A stretch of 64,000 bases of DNA from Scenedesmus sp. PABB004 (Eukaryota), in the NCBI GenBank assembly GCA_014905635.1, contig JABVCE010000017.1, forward strand, positions 620,001 through 684,000. The letters run 5' to 3'. The notes beneath the pieces are model-generated. The model had not been told where the DNA came from and ran no database searches. It saw only the letters and a program-made list of their open reading frames with translations. This document shows, in pieces, positions 34,101 through 46,702 of this stretch; the first letter of the stretch is position 1; every line of letters starts with the position of its first letter. The position numbers and the translations under genes are program-made.

Positions 34101-37100
34101 TTGGGGTGTGGGTTTTGGTCGCGACCGCCCTGCACGCGCCCGCGCCGCCCGCTTTGAATCGACATCAACGCCACTCAAAACCCTTTGACCAACCCTCAAG
34201 TTTAACAAATCTAACACCCCCTGCCCCCCCCCCTCCTAAACCCCGCCGCCCCGCCCGCCCCGCAGGACCATCACCGAGATGCACCCGCACCCCCAGCTGC
34301 TCGCGGCGGCGGCCGAGGCGGTGTCGGGCCTGCTGCGCGCGCCGAGCCACAACCTAAAGTACTGCGGCCTCACCGCCCTCGCCGCCATCACGCGGTGAGG
34401 GCTGCGGGGGCGCGGCGGGTCTCGACACGCGCGCGCGCGCGGTCAAAAAACGGGGCAGAGGAGGTTGGGGGCGGGGGTGGACTCAAGGGGGGACTCGGGG
34501 CGCGGCCGGGGCGCGTCCGCTGGGCGGTCGGGGCGCGCCCGCTGGGCGGGGGCGGCGCGCCTGCGCGCGCGAGCGCCGCCGCCGCCGCGCCGCCCCCTCC
34601 TCCCACCCACCCGCCCACCCACCAGCGCCCACCGCCGTCCCGCCCCGGGCGCTCTCCCGCCTTTGCTGCCGCGCAGCGTGAGCCCCGGCTACGCGGCGGC
34701 GCAGCAGGTGGCGGTGCTCGACTGCCTGGGCGACCCCGACGACAGCCTGAAGCTGCAGGCGCTGCAGCTGCTGGTGACGATGACGCGGCCCAACAACGTG
34801 CAGGCGCGTGTGTGGGTTTAGGGTTTAGGGTTAAGGGTTGGACCCGGTGACGATGACGCGGCCCAACAACGTGCAGGCGCGTGGGTGTGTGAGTGGGTGT
34901 GTGGGTGTGTTTGAGTGTGTGTGCGGTGTGGTGGGGGGGAGGGGGAGGGGAGGCGCGAGGCCGTGGCTGCTGCACGGGCGGCTGCGTGGGGGCGGCTGCG
35001 CGAGAGGGTCCAGGGGTTGCCACCTGCTTGCCCTGCCTTGCCCCCTGCCCTGCAGCACGGCCGGCCCAAGCAGCTGGGAACCCCTGGACCCTGCCCCCCC
35101 CCCCCCCCCGCACACACACGCACACACACGGCTGCGCGGGGGCGCCGGGCGCGCGAGGCGCGGGCGCGCGCCCCTCCTCGCTCCCCCTCCCAACCCTTGC
35201 ACCCTCGGCCCCTGAACCCGGAACACCTGCTTGGCCCCGGCCGACGAGCAGCGCATGGCCCGCATCTCTTGATGCAGGCCCCGGCCGACGAGCAGCGCTT
35301 GGCTCGCAGCTCTTGATTGATGCAGGCCAAGCGCTGCTCGTCGGCCGGGCCAAGCTGGTGACACCCCCGGACCCCCCCCCACACACACACACTCACTCAC
35401 TCACTCACTCACTCACTCACCCGCCCACTCACTCACCCACTCACTCTCACGCGCAGGTGGTCGTGGAGCGGCTGATGGACTTTCTGCGCTCCAGCGCGTG
35501 CGGCGGCGACGACACGCTGCGCCGGCACATCGCGGGCCAGGTGCGGGGCCCGCGCCGCGGAGCGCGGCGCGGCGCAGGGCCGCCCCCTGCCGCTCCTCGC
35601 CCTCTGCTCACCCACGCACCCACACGCACCCACACGCACCCACACGCACCCACACGCACCCACACGCGCGCGCGCCGTGCCTCCCGCCCTTAAAACCCTC
35701 AACTCTAAACCCTCAACCCCTCCTCCGCCCCCCAGGTCGCTGAGCTGGCTGAGAAGTACGCGCCAGACACGGCCTGGTTTGTGGGCGTCATGGCCGAGGT
35801 ACGGGGGTTTAGGCGGGGTTTAGGCGGCCTGGCTGCTCAGGGCTTAGGGCTTAGGGGCTGGAGGGGCTAGGGGGGGGGGGGGCTGCGCGCGCGCGGGTGG
35901 GCCGGGGACAGGCGCGGAGCCCGTCGCGCGCGCACGCACGCACGCGCGCACACGCACGCGGACCGCCGCGCGCCGCGCCGCAGGTGTTTGAGGCGGGCGG
36001 CGACGCGCTGCCGCCGGCGCTCGCCCACAACCTGTGCCGCCTCATCGCGGAGGCCGACGGCGAGCTGCACGCCGCCGCGGTGGCCCGCTTCCTCGCCGTC
36101 CTCGACCGCGGCACCGCGGCACCCGCGCACCCGCCCGGCGGCGGCGGCGGCGGCGCGGGTGCGGCGCGCGCGCCGGCCCCGCGCGCCCGCCTCGCCCGCG
36201 GCCGAGCCGCCGCGCGGCCGGGCGCGGCGCCTCAAGACCCTAAACCCTGTGTGCCCCTGCGCCGCCCTAAACCCCAGGCGGGGGCCCGCTGCCCGAGGTG
36301 CTGCTGCGCGTCATCGCGTGGGTGCTGGGGGAGTACGGCACCCTCGCGCCGGGCCTGCCGCCCGCGGCGGTGCGCGGCGGCGCTGCAGCGCGCGGGGCCA
36401 ACAGCGCGCGGCGCGTTTGGGCCACAGAGAGCGTGACGAGGGGTCGGGGCGCCGGCCGGCCGGCCGGCGCCGGTCGCGTGGTTGGATTCTTGTTTCAAAC
36501 AAGCTTGACGAGCAGACCGCCCCTGCCCCTGCCCCTGCCCCCCCCCCCCCCCCCCTCTCCCATCCCTCTCCGCCGCCCCGCAGGTCATGGACAAGCTGTG
36601 CGCCGCGGTCGGCGCGGCCAAGGCCTCCCCCACCACGCGGGGCTACCTGCTCACGTCGCTCACCAAGCTCGCCGCCGCGTCGGGCGGCCGCCTGCCGCCC
36701 GAGGCGGACGAGCTCATGACCAAGGCTGGCGCGAGCGCAGCGGTGGAGCTGCAGCAGCGCGCCCACGAGGCGCGGGCGCTGCTCGGGTGCGCGCGCCGCG
36801 CGCGCGCACCCCTCGCGCCCGCCGCGCCCCGCCCCGCCGCGCCTGCCGCGCCCGCCGCGCCCGCCGCGCCGCGCCCACGCGTCACCCCCGCCGCCGCCGG
36901 CAGGCTGCCGCCGGCGCTGCGCGGCTCGCTGCTGCCGTTTGACGGGAGCTGCGAGGAGCTGGAGCCCCACGAGCTCGACGAGGCCCGCCACCTCACCTTT
37001 CTGGAGGGGTGCGCTGGGGCGGGAGAGGGGGGGGGGGCAGGGTTAAGCGCCGCGCCGCGCCGCGCCCCGCCGCATCGCGCTCTCTGGTCGTGGTACGTCG

Positions 37101-38096
37101 CGGTCGAAGCGGTTCGACCCGGTCGCAGCACGACGAGGGAGCGCGACGCGGCGGCGCGGGGCGCGGCTCCCAGCCGCGCCCCACGCCGCGGCCGCAGCGA
37201 GGGGGGGGGGGGCTGACAGCCCCGCGCTGCGCCCGCACCCACGCCCCGCCTGCACCCACGCCGCCCGCGCCACACCCGCGCCGCGCCCGCACCCGCGCCG
37301 CGCCCCAGCTTTGTGGCGCAGGCGCTCGCCGACGGCGCCGCGCCGTACGCGCCGCCGCCGGAGCTGGCCGGCGGGCACGGCGACGACGACCTGGAGGGCC
37401 TGGGCCTGCCGCGGTCGGGCAGCCCGCCGGCGGCGCGCGGCCACGCGCTTCGCTTCGACGCGTACGAACCTGCCGCCGCGCCCGCCGCGGCGGGCGGCGC
37501 CGCGGCGCCCGGCGCCGGCGGCGGCGGCGGCGGGTTTGGCGGCGGCGGCGCCGCGCCGGCGCCCGCGGCGGCCGCGGCGGCCGCGGCGGGCGGCGGCTTC
37601 CAGCAGCAGGCGCCGCCGCAGCTGCAGCCGCAGCAGCAGGCGCAGCCGCAGCTGCCGCAGCTCAAGGGCGCAAACCGGGGCCGCTGGGGCCCCGCCGAGT
37701 TCGGCAGCGGCGGCGGCGGCGGCGGCAGCAGCAGCAGCTCCGCGGCGGCAGCGGCGCCCGCCGCGGCGCCGCCCGCCGCGGCGCCGCCCCGGCCCGGCAC
37801 CGGCGGCGCCGGCGGCGGCAAGGGGCAGGGGCTGTCTCCGGAGAAGAGCCGCCTTGCTGCATCGCTCTTCGGCACGGGCGACGCCTCGCCCAGCAGCGGC
37901 GGCGGCGGCGGCGGCCGGTTCGGCGTGCGCGGCGGCGGCGCCAGGGCGCCGCCGTCGCCGCCGCCGCCCGCGGCGCCGCTGGTGGACCTGCTCGGAGACG
38001 ACGTGGCGGCGGCGGGCCCCGCCGTGCCGTCGGGCGCGGGCGGCAGCGCCGGCGGCGCCAGCGGGCTGGACCTGCTGATGGATCTGGACGGGCCCC

Positions 38097-38127
<31 letters not shown>

Positions 38128-38443
38128 CCCGGCCCCGCCCGCCGCGGCGCCGCTGGACGACCTGCTGGGCGGCCTGGCGGCGCCCGCGCCCGCGGCGCCA
38201 GCAGCAGCGAGCGGCGGCGGCGGCGGGGGGCTGATGGACCTGGACGGCCTGCTGGGCGGCGGCGGCGGCGTGCCGGCCGCGGCCCCGCCGCCGCCGCTGC
38301 TGGGCGGCGCGCCGGGGCTGCAGGGCCTCACGGTCCCGGCGCCGGCGGCGGCGGCGCAGCCGCCGCCGCCGGGCGCCGCGCTGCGCGGCGGGCCGGCCAA
38401 GGGCAGCACCGTCACCGACCCCTTTGGGGACCTGCTCGGCTGA
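31121..38443 (+). CDS. AP4E1: AP-4 adaptor complex epsilon subunit, multi-exon
   Basis: [156 protein letters not shown], terminal [11 protein letters not shown]. Confidence 0.93.
32126..32213. mobile_element. 88-nt intronic element with imperfect 14-bp terminal inverted repeats (MITE-like), copy 1
   Basis: AGGGTCCAGGGGTG...CACCCCCGGACCCC; internal sequence homologous to 35005-35092. No target-site duplication seen. Confidence 0.5.
32225..32295. repeat. (TCAC)n microsatellite in an AP4E intron
   Basis: Directly visible; a similar tract lies at ~35390-35450. Confidence 0.9.
33233..33712 (+). repeat. G-rich minisatellite, unit ~TGCAGGGG(G)CT, in an AP4E intron
   Basis: About 480 nt of degenerate 10-12-nt units with G4-G7 tracts. 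Confidence 0.92.
35005..35092. mobile_element. 88-nt intronic element with perfect 14-bp terminal inverted repeats (MITE-like), copy 2
   Basis: AGGGTCCAGGGGTT (35005-35018) and AACCCCTGGACCCT (35079-35092); homologous to 32126-32213; a partial third copy lies at 35342-35380. Confidence 0.55.
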
Positions 38444-38598
38444 CACGCGCCGGGCAGCGGCGCACCGGTCGCGCGCGCGGCGCTGCGCGCGGGCCGAGAG
38501 GCTGCTCGGCTCCGGAGGCGGAGCTGCTGCGTGCGCGCGCGGCGGCCGCGGCGCCTGGCAACGTCTGCGGTTGACCCGGCCGGCGCCGCCGCAGCCGC

Positions 38599-38621
38599 TT
38601 ACAGCTGATGCCATGCTTACA
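38599..38621 (-). terminator. Two TGTAA poly(A) signals for the minus-strand secreted-protein gene
   Basis: TTACA on + at 38599-38603 and 38617-38621, 115-135 nt downstream of the stop at 38736. Confidence 0.6.
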
Positions 38622-38735
38622 GCCCCCCGGCCGCAGAGTTTCCCCCCGCCCCAGGCGTCCCGTTGTTTAGCGCCGCCCGCGGCAGGCAGCCGGCTGCGGC
38701 CTGCAGCCCCCGCTGCGCTGCCCCACACAACGCGC

Positions 38736-41586
38736 TCAGGGCGTGAGCGTGACGTCCGGCAGCTCGCCCTGGAACGCGCTCGCCCCGGAAAACGGCGCCA
38801 TGCGCACCTGCGGCGCGGCGGCGGGGCGGCGCGCAGCGCGTCCGCACGCGCTCGAGCGCGGCACAGCGCCCCCCCCCCCCCCCCCCCCCGCGCGGCTGGC
38901 GCAGCCGCTGCAGCGCCCCCCGCGCGCGCGAGCGCACCTTGTTGGCGCCGGCGCTCGCGTCTGGCACCGCCTCGACGGCGTTGCCGGCGGGGTCGACCAT
39001 GATCACGCCGTACTTGCCTGCGGGGCGGCGCGGGGTTGAGGACGGGGTTAGGGTTCAGGGCTTAGGGGCCAGGGCTCAGGGTTCAGGCCTCAAAGGGGCA
39101 CGGCCGAGGTCGAGGGCGACCCTCGCAGCGGTGGCAGGCCAGGCGGCGACAGCGCTCCCGCGCGGCCGCGGCCCGCGCCGCGCGCACCCGTCGCGACGAC
39201 CTGGCCCGTGAGCGCGCAGGAGAGCGAGGCGCTGGCCTTGAGGTCCTTCTTGTCGGGGGCGTAGCAGGGGCTGTAGGGGACGTCCCAGTCGTAGCTCACC
39301 TCGGGCCGCGTCACCGGCGGCTGCGGCGGGAAGTTGATGGGCTGCGCCGCTGCATGCGACAAACGGGGGAACGGAGCGTTAGTGGGGGTTGAAGGGGGGG
39401 GGGGCAGGCGCGGCACGGGCAGGCGCCGCGTGCTGCGAGCTGCTCCCGACCGCCCGCCCGCCGCCCCCAGCTGCCCCCGCCTGCCCGTCGCTCTGTGTGT
39501 GAGCACCACTGCACTCACGCGGCGCAAAGCAGGCCTTCATGGTGTACTTGATGTGGAACTTTGACTGCGGGGAGCCGGGGTCAGGGTTTAGGGTGTAGGG
39601 TTTAGGTTTTTCTGTCGGGATGTTACCGCCTGTTGGGCCAACAGGCACGAGGCGAGGCGAGGAGAGGAGAGCGCGCGCCGGCCGGGCCCGAGCGGCCCAC
39701 CGCGCCTGCGCCCCGCCCGCCCATGCCCGCGCCCCCGCCTGCGCCCCTCCACCGCGGCCGTGCCTGCTGGGGGTCGCCGCCGAGGAAGCCGAAGCCACGC
39801 TGGCTGCACTCGCCCTGGAAGGAGGAGAGGAACATCTGGGTCGTCTCGCTCAGCGGGTTGACGTACCTGCCAGGAGCAGTGTGTGTGCGTGGGTGGGTGG
39901 GTGCGGGTGTGGTGTGTGCGTGCGTGCCGGACGCCGGCGCCGTCCACACTAGCAGCGCCCCCCCCCCTCCCCGCGCCGCCGCCCGCGAGCCCCGCGCGCG
40001 CACTGCGACTGCAGCGTGACGATGCTCGGCGCGGGCGGCGCGACGCCCGGGTACAGGTAGGCGTTGGCGTACGCCGCGTTGCCGCACACCGTGACGCCCG
40101 GCTCCGCGGTGTCAGGCGTGTAGTACCTGCGCCGCGCGGTTTGGGGTTTTAGGGTTGAAGGCAGGGGGCTACAGCGCCGGCCGGCCTCGGCCGTGCGCGT
40201 GCGGTCCCCGCCCGCCCGCCCCGGGCCGCGCCGGCGCCCTCGCGCCCCGCCCAAAGCCCTTGGGCCCCCGACAAAGCGCCTCACGCCGCCCCCCAAGCCC
40301 CAAACCCCCGCCCTGCGCCGCCCGCCGCGCGCCGCGCGCGCCGCGCCTGAACACGATGGCCGCCACGGAGCCCCACTCCGGGCCGTAGGGGTTTGCCGCC
40401 TTGAGCACCAGCATCTGGCTGATGCGCCCGCCCAGGGGGAAGTAGTACTCCAGGATGGGCTGCATGTGTGGTTTTGTGGTTGTGTGAGTTTGTGCGTGAG
40501 TTGGTGTGTTTGCTTGTGTGTTTGTTGGTATGTGATTGTGTGCGTGTGTGAGCTTTTAGGGTGGGCTGGCTAGTGTTGGTGGGCGTGTTTTGGTCGTGGC
40601 TGGTGTGCTGGCATGTTTGGGCGGCCGGCCGCGCCAGGCCCCTGCCGCCCTCGCTGCCCCCCCCCCCCTTGTCAGCGCCTCGGCGCCGCCGGCGCACCGT
40701 GCCGTCGGCGTTGCGCGGGAAGGAGGTGCCGTTGACGTCGGTCATGTCCCACGTCGTCTGGTAGGTCTTCTCGGCATACATAAAGTCAGTGTACTGCCAG
40801 CAGAGTGAGTGAGTGATTGACGCGGAGTGAGGGTGAGTGATGACGCGAGCGAGCGATGGCGTGGGAGTGAGCGAGCGGGCGCGCGGGTGGCTGACCAGCT
40901 GGGCAGCCCTGGCGAGCGGCGCGCGCGCGCGCACCTGGCCGCCGCGGCTGCAGACGGAGCGCAGGCCGTAGCGCGGACCCTTGCCGTACTGCAGGGCGGG
41001 GAGGGAGGGTGGCGGGGGCGGGGCGGGCGGGCGGGGCGGGGCGGCGCGGCGGGTGTGGGTCGCAGCACACAGCGCGCGGCGCGCAGCGCGCGGCGGCGGC
41101 CGAGCGCGGGCCCCCTGCTCAACGCCGCTGCTGCGGTCGCGCGCGGCGTGCAGGCCGCGGACCACGGCCCTGGGAGGGGCCAGCAGCTGGCCCGGGCGGC
41201 GGGGGCGACCGCGCCGTGCGCGGCGCCGCCGCGGGCACCGCGCGCGCCTGCATGCCGGCGACGAAGCCGCTGCGCGTGTCGACGGTGCACGTCATCTGGG
41301 CGATGGGCACGGCGCAGTTGATGGCGCCCGTGCCCTTGTCGGGCGTTGACTCGGCTGCGCGGCGGCGGGCGGCAGCGGGCGTGGTCGGCGGCGGCGACGG
41401 CGGCGCCGCGCCGCGCTGCTGCCGTCGCCGCCGCGCCGAGGGGTTGGCCGTCCGTCTAGAGCGCCGGTGCGCTGCCCCGCGACCGCTGCGGGGCCGCGCT
41501 GGGCCCGGTCCCGAGCTCGCACTTGGCAGCTCCGCCCGCGCCAGCCCAAGCGCGAGGAGCGCGCACGCCAAAAGTATGAGTTTCAT
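38736..41586 (-). CDS. Secreted protein of unknown function (Cys/Tyr/Pro-containing), about 11 exons
   Basis: Signal peptide MKLILLACALLALGLARA; exons join in frame (ESTPDKGTGAINCAVPIAQMTC..., YTDFMYAEKTYQTTWDMTD..., PILEYYFPLGGRISQMLVLK..., SYDWDVPYSPCYAP..., ...ELPDVTLTP-TGA). No family recognised. Confidence 0.75.
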
Positions 41587-42247
41587 TGCTGCACTCTGAC
41601 GAGGGCCCCCGCGCTGCGATGCGAGGCGCCCAGCGCGGTCGCGAGCGAGGTAGAAGGCGGTGCGCGCGCCCCCGCGCGTGGCCGGCGGGCAGGGTGCGAC
41701 GAGCGAGCTTCTTTGGGTAGGTGGCGAGCTCGTAGCACTGCCGCGTGGCCGCTGGAGGCGCTGGCGGGCGGGCGGCGGCGCCGCCGAGCGCGGCGGGCCG
41801 GCGGCCGAGCGGGCGCCGCGCGGGGCACAGCAGCCCGCACGTGCCGACGCCCTTCGGCGGTGCGACCCCGCACTGCGCAGCCTCACACAGACGCTCACGA
41901 GCCCGCCGCGCGGCTGCAGAGGGAAACGCGGACTCGGCTGCGTCCGTCGGTTACCTCGCGCCTGCAGCCGCTCGTCGCGTGTGCGTCGCACAGTCAGCAC
42001 CATATCAGCCTTCCCGGCAGCTGGGCGAGGCGGCAGCACGCCTGCGCGCTGCCTCGCGGCGGCCAGCCCGGCCCGCATCAGCCCGCCCCCGGCGAGCGGC
42101 CAGCCGGGCGCGCGGAGCCTGGGTCGGTGCAGCCGTCCAGGTCCACTCTAGTCTCACCAGCGCGATGGCGCCGCGCGGCGCCTGCCAGCGCGCCGCGTGA
42201 GCCGGGAGCGGCGGCACGCCGGGAGCAGCACCGCCGCAGCCCGCGCC

Positions 42248-45200
42248 ATGCCCCGCCCGCGCCGCCTGGGCGGGCTGGCGGCGCTGGCGGCGGTGGTCCT
42301 AGTGGCGTGCGTGGCAGAACAAGCAGGTGGGCGCCGCGGGAGGCCGTCGCGCGTGCGCCTGGCGCGCCGGGGCGGGGCGTGAGCGCCAGCGGGGCGGCCG
42401 CCTGGGGGCTGGCAGCGGCGGCGGTGGCAGCAGCGGCGACGGCAGCAGCGGCGGCGGCGGCGGCGGCGCCAAGGCGCGCCCTGCTGTCGCTGACCGCCCG
42501 CGCGCCCGCCGCCCGGTGCGCTGCCCGCAGGCGGGGAGATGGCGGTGCCGGCCGCGGCGGCGGCCGAGGCGCAGCTGCCCCCGCTCGCGGGCCTCGACGC
42601 GGCCGGCGGCGCGGCGGCGCCGCGCCGCGCCGCGGCCGCGCCGGGCGGCCGCCGCGGCCTCGGCGCCGCCGGCGCCGGCGCCGCCGGCGCGCCCTGGGCG
42701 GCGGCGGCGGCGGGCCGCCGCGCGCGCGGCGGCGGCCGCGCGCTGCACGGCGCGCCGTGGGCGTCGGGCGGCCCCACGCCCGTGCTGGTCGTCGACCGCA
42801 GCAACAAGAGCGTGACCGCGAGCACGCGCTTCACCACGCTCGACCCCAACATCACCGAGGGCCGCTACGCCCTGAGCTTTGACCCCGACTACCTGCTTGA
42901 GACTGTCACGATCAGCGCGATGGCCTCGTACCCCAACAAGGAGCTCGAAAACCCTGAGGGCTGGCGCTTCAAGACCAAGGCCAACAGCAGCCTGGTGTTC
43001 ATTTACCCCGGCAACGAGACCGCGAGCGTGGTCACGCTCGCAAACACGGCGAGCGCGTCGTCGAAGCTCGCGCCCGCGACCGCGCTCGCGAGCACCTTTG
43101 CCGACCAGAAGAGCACCATCGAGAGCGTCGTGGACGCGCAGGCGCGCGGGGTCTAGGGCGCGCGCGCCGCCGCCCTGCCCCGCGCCGCTGGGGTTTGGCG
43201 CGGGGCGGGCGGGCGCGCGGTCGTGCGACGCCCTCACGCTGCGCCGCCCACGCGCCGCACCGCTCCGCAGGCGGAGGGCCGCCCCGGGCTGCAGTACGGC
43301 GCGATCGTGGCGGTGGCTGACAACAAGATCATCAGCACGCAGGCGCGTGAGGGGCAGGGGGGGGGGCGTGCTGTGCGCGCTGTGGGCGCTGTGTGTGCGC
43401 GCGCAGCGCAGCGCCGCGCCGCCGCCGCCGCCGCGGCGCCGCGTCGTTTTGAGTCAAAGCCTGCCTAAAACGTATCAAATGCGATCCCCCGCCCCTTTTG
43501 CAGGAGGAAAACTACGACTATGCCGCCGTCGCCATGAGCACGCGCGCGCGCGCCGAGGCGGGGCAGGGCCAGACCGTGGCGCTGGTCAAGGCCGACGGCG
43601 CGACCAAGCAGGGCGGCATGCGGAGCGACGCGCGCGCCGAGGCGCGCTCCTCGCGCTGGTGCGGGGCGGCGGCTGCGCGCGCGCGCGCGCCGACGACGGG
43701 CCGCGCGGGCGGCGCGCCGCCGCCGCTCCCAACCGCGCCGCCGCGCCCAGGCCGCGCCCAAGCCGCGCCCAACCGCACCGCCGCCGCCGCCGCGCCCGCC
43801 TGGCACAACCCTAAACCCCCACAGGTACATGTCGCCCGGGCACGCGGTGAGCGGGATTTCAAACATCGGCAACGGCGGCCGGGCCTACCTCTACAGCCAG
43901 GGCCGCACGCGCGCCGACCTCGGCACCGCGACCGGCGGCGTGCTCACGGTCTCGTCCGGCACGGGCGACTTCCAGATGGGCTTTGCCGGCAAGGGCGGCG
44001 GGCCGTACGAAGACGGCGACTACACCGCGGCGACGAGCTACAACGATAACATGGTCGAGGCCGACGCCGGCAACGCGGCGGCGGGGTCGATCGCGCTCGC
44101 GCGCGCGGCCGAGGAGGACGCGGCCGCGGTCGGCAACCCCGGCGCCGCCGCGGCGGTCGGCGTCGGCAACGCGGTCGCGGGCAACATCAACGTCGTGTAC
44201 AGCGAGTCCGGCGGCGCGTGGATCGGGGACTACGACGACGAGTTTGACACCTACGGTGCGCCGCAGGGTTTAGGGTTTGGGGGCGTGCGGGCCCAGGGTT
44301 TAGGGGCGCGCGGGCGTGCGGGCGCGGGCGAGCGGTGGCCGCCGCGGGCGGGCGCGGGGGCGGCAGCCGGGCTCAGCTGAGCTGGGCTCAGCCAGGTGGG
44401 CGCCAGCCCGGCTCAGCTCTGCCAGCGGGGCAGGCGCCGCCAGCAGGCAGGCCCCGCCGCGCCGCGCTCACCCCCGCCGCCCTGGCTCCGCCGCGGCACC
44501 ACCACCACTGCAGAGAACGACGTCGCCGCGACGTCGCGCGGGCGCGGCACGTCCGAGGCCGGCCAGATCAACATCGCGATCGCGCCCAACGACGACAGCA
44601 GCGCGTCGGGCGAGCTGCGCGCGACGTCGTTCCAGGGCGACGCCGTGAGCGGCGCGTTCACGTACACCACGGCGCTGAGTGAGACGTTCCAAAACCTCAT
44701 CAGCGACGCGCGCACGGCCGAGGGCAACGCGGTGACCGGGAACGTCGGCGTCGCGACGGCGCAGGAGGTGGCGGAGATCAGCAACACCGTGACCGCGCAG
44801 AGCAGCACGGGCAGCGCGCTGAGCTACAGCGTGACCAACTCCAACACCGCGGAGCAGACGCAGGCGACGAGCTCGTCCGAGTCGACGACGACCGTCGGCC
44901 AGGCGGGCAGCCTCAGCGTCGGCAGCGCCGTCGGCGGCGTGCACGCCGACGGGCAGGGCTCCGCGTCGGCGACGACCATGGACGGCAACAGCCTCAGCGT
45001 GGGCACCGCGTTTGCGGGGGCCGCGTTCACGACGCGCGCGCTCTCCACGAGCGCGGCGGCGAGCGACGCGGGGCAGAGCGTGTCGTCCGGGTGGAGCGGC
45101 GCGCTCTCGGGGGACGCCGAGACCGACACCGCGTCCTCGTCCGCGACCGTCACCGGCAACGCCGCGTCGGTGGGCCAGGGATACGCGCTCGGCGTGCTGC

Positions 45201-46702
45201 AGGGCAAGTCGGCGGTCGCCTCCAGCGCGGGCAGCGAGTCGGGCTCGGCCGGCTCCCTCGGCATCGGCGTCTCCACGGGGCTCATCCAGGCGCAGGCCAA
45301 GGTCGCGTCATCGGCCGAGACCAAGGACGGCCGCGCGCAGGGCATCGCGGGCGCGCTCGCGCTCGCCGGCATCAGCGCGGTCGCGTCGGCCAAGTCGTCG
45401 GGCGCGAGCGAGACGGGCGACGCGACGTCGACCGCGCTCGCGGGCGCGGTTGGCGGCCTGCGCGCCGACGCGGCGGCCGACGCGACGTCGAGCACCAACT
45501 GCCTCGACTGCGTGAGCGACGCGCTCGCCAACTCGCTCGCGGTGGGCCTCGTCGCCGAGGCGAGCGCGCGCGCGGCGTCCGACAGCGAGAAGAACCCCGG
45601 CAACGCGCTCGCCAACGCGGTCGCGCTCGGCCTGCTCTCGCGCACGAGCAACGGCGGCAGCTCGCGCATCGCGGTCGGCCCCGGCCAGGCGATCAGCGGC
45701 GGCTTCGCGGTGTCGCTCCCGCTCGAGGAGCTGCGCAAGCGCTACCCCGACGCGGAGGAGGGCGAGGACGGCGGCGACGGCGGCGGCGACGGCGGGGACG
45801 GGGAGGGCGGCGGCGGCGGGGAGGGCGGCGGCGGCGACAAGGGCGGCGGCGACGGGGAGGAGGGCGGCGGGGACGCAGAGGACGGCGGCGGCGACAAGGG
45901 CGGCGGCGATGAGGGCAGCAGCGATGGCGACGGCGGCGCGGCCGACGCGCCCGCGGACGGCGCCGCCGGCGACGGCGCCGCCGGCGACGCGCCCGCCGCC
46001 AGCGTCGGCGCGGACGGCGTGGACACTGGTGGCGAGACCGCGGCGGCGGTCGCCGCCTCGGCGCAGAGCGACATCGCCAACACCGCGGTGGACACGGGCA
46101 CCACCGTGCCGGAGGAGCGCCCCGCGCTGACGGAGCGGCACAGCAACAACCGGCGAATGGCGGCGCCGGGCACAGCGGCCGGCGCGACGGCGGCCGAGGC
46201 CGCGCCGGCGGCCGCACCGGGGGCCGTGCCGGCGGCCGCGCCGGCGGCGGGCGGGCCGCAGCTGTACCAGCAGGTCGCCGCGATGCTCGGCGCCGGGGGC
46301 GCGCGCGGCGCGCAGGACGTGATCCGCAGCTCAGCGGCGGCGCTGGTGGACGCGGCGCGGGAGGACATCAAGGCTCGCATCGCCGCGACGCGCCGCACGG
46401 GCGGCGGCGCCTCCGGCATGCGCGCCGCGCACGCCGCGCCCGCCAGCGGCGCGGCGCAGGCGTCGCCGCGCCGCCTGGGCGTCGCCAGCACGGGCGCGCA
46501 GCAGGGCGCGCCCGCGGGCGCGGCGCCGCTGGGCGCCGCCGCGCCGGGTCAGGGCGTGGACGCGGCGCAGCCGCGCGCCTGGTACGCCGTCGACGGCGGC
46601 ACCTGGTCGCCCACCAGCGGCGAGCGCCCCAGCAGCGGCGTGCACGCAGCCAGCGTGCCCGGCGCCAGCACGGCCGCCGGCGCGGGCGGTCCCAGCAGCT
46701 GA
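42248..46702 (+). CDS. Secreted Ala/Ser/Thr/Gly-rich repeat protein, paralogue 1, with a long acidic/Ala-rich C-terminal tail
   Basis: Signal-like N-terminus MPRPRRLGGLAALAAVVLVACVAEQA; intron donors at 42327, 43142 (GC), 43343 (GC), 43659, 44256; shares YPNKE..NPEGWRFKTKAN, GRPGLQYGA, QGRTR.DLGTA.GGVL, ENDVAAT.RGRGT.EAGQINIA with 48103-51230. Confidence 0.8.
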
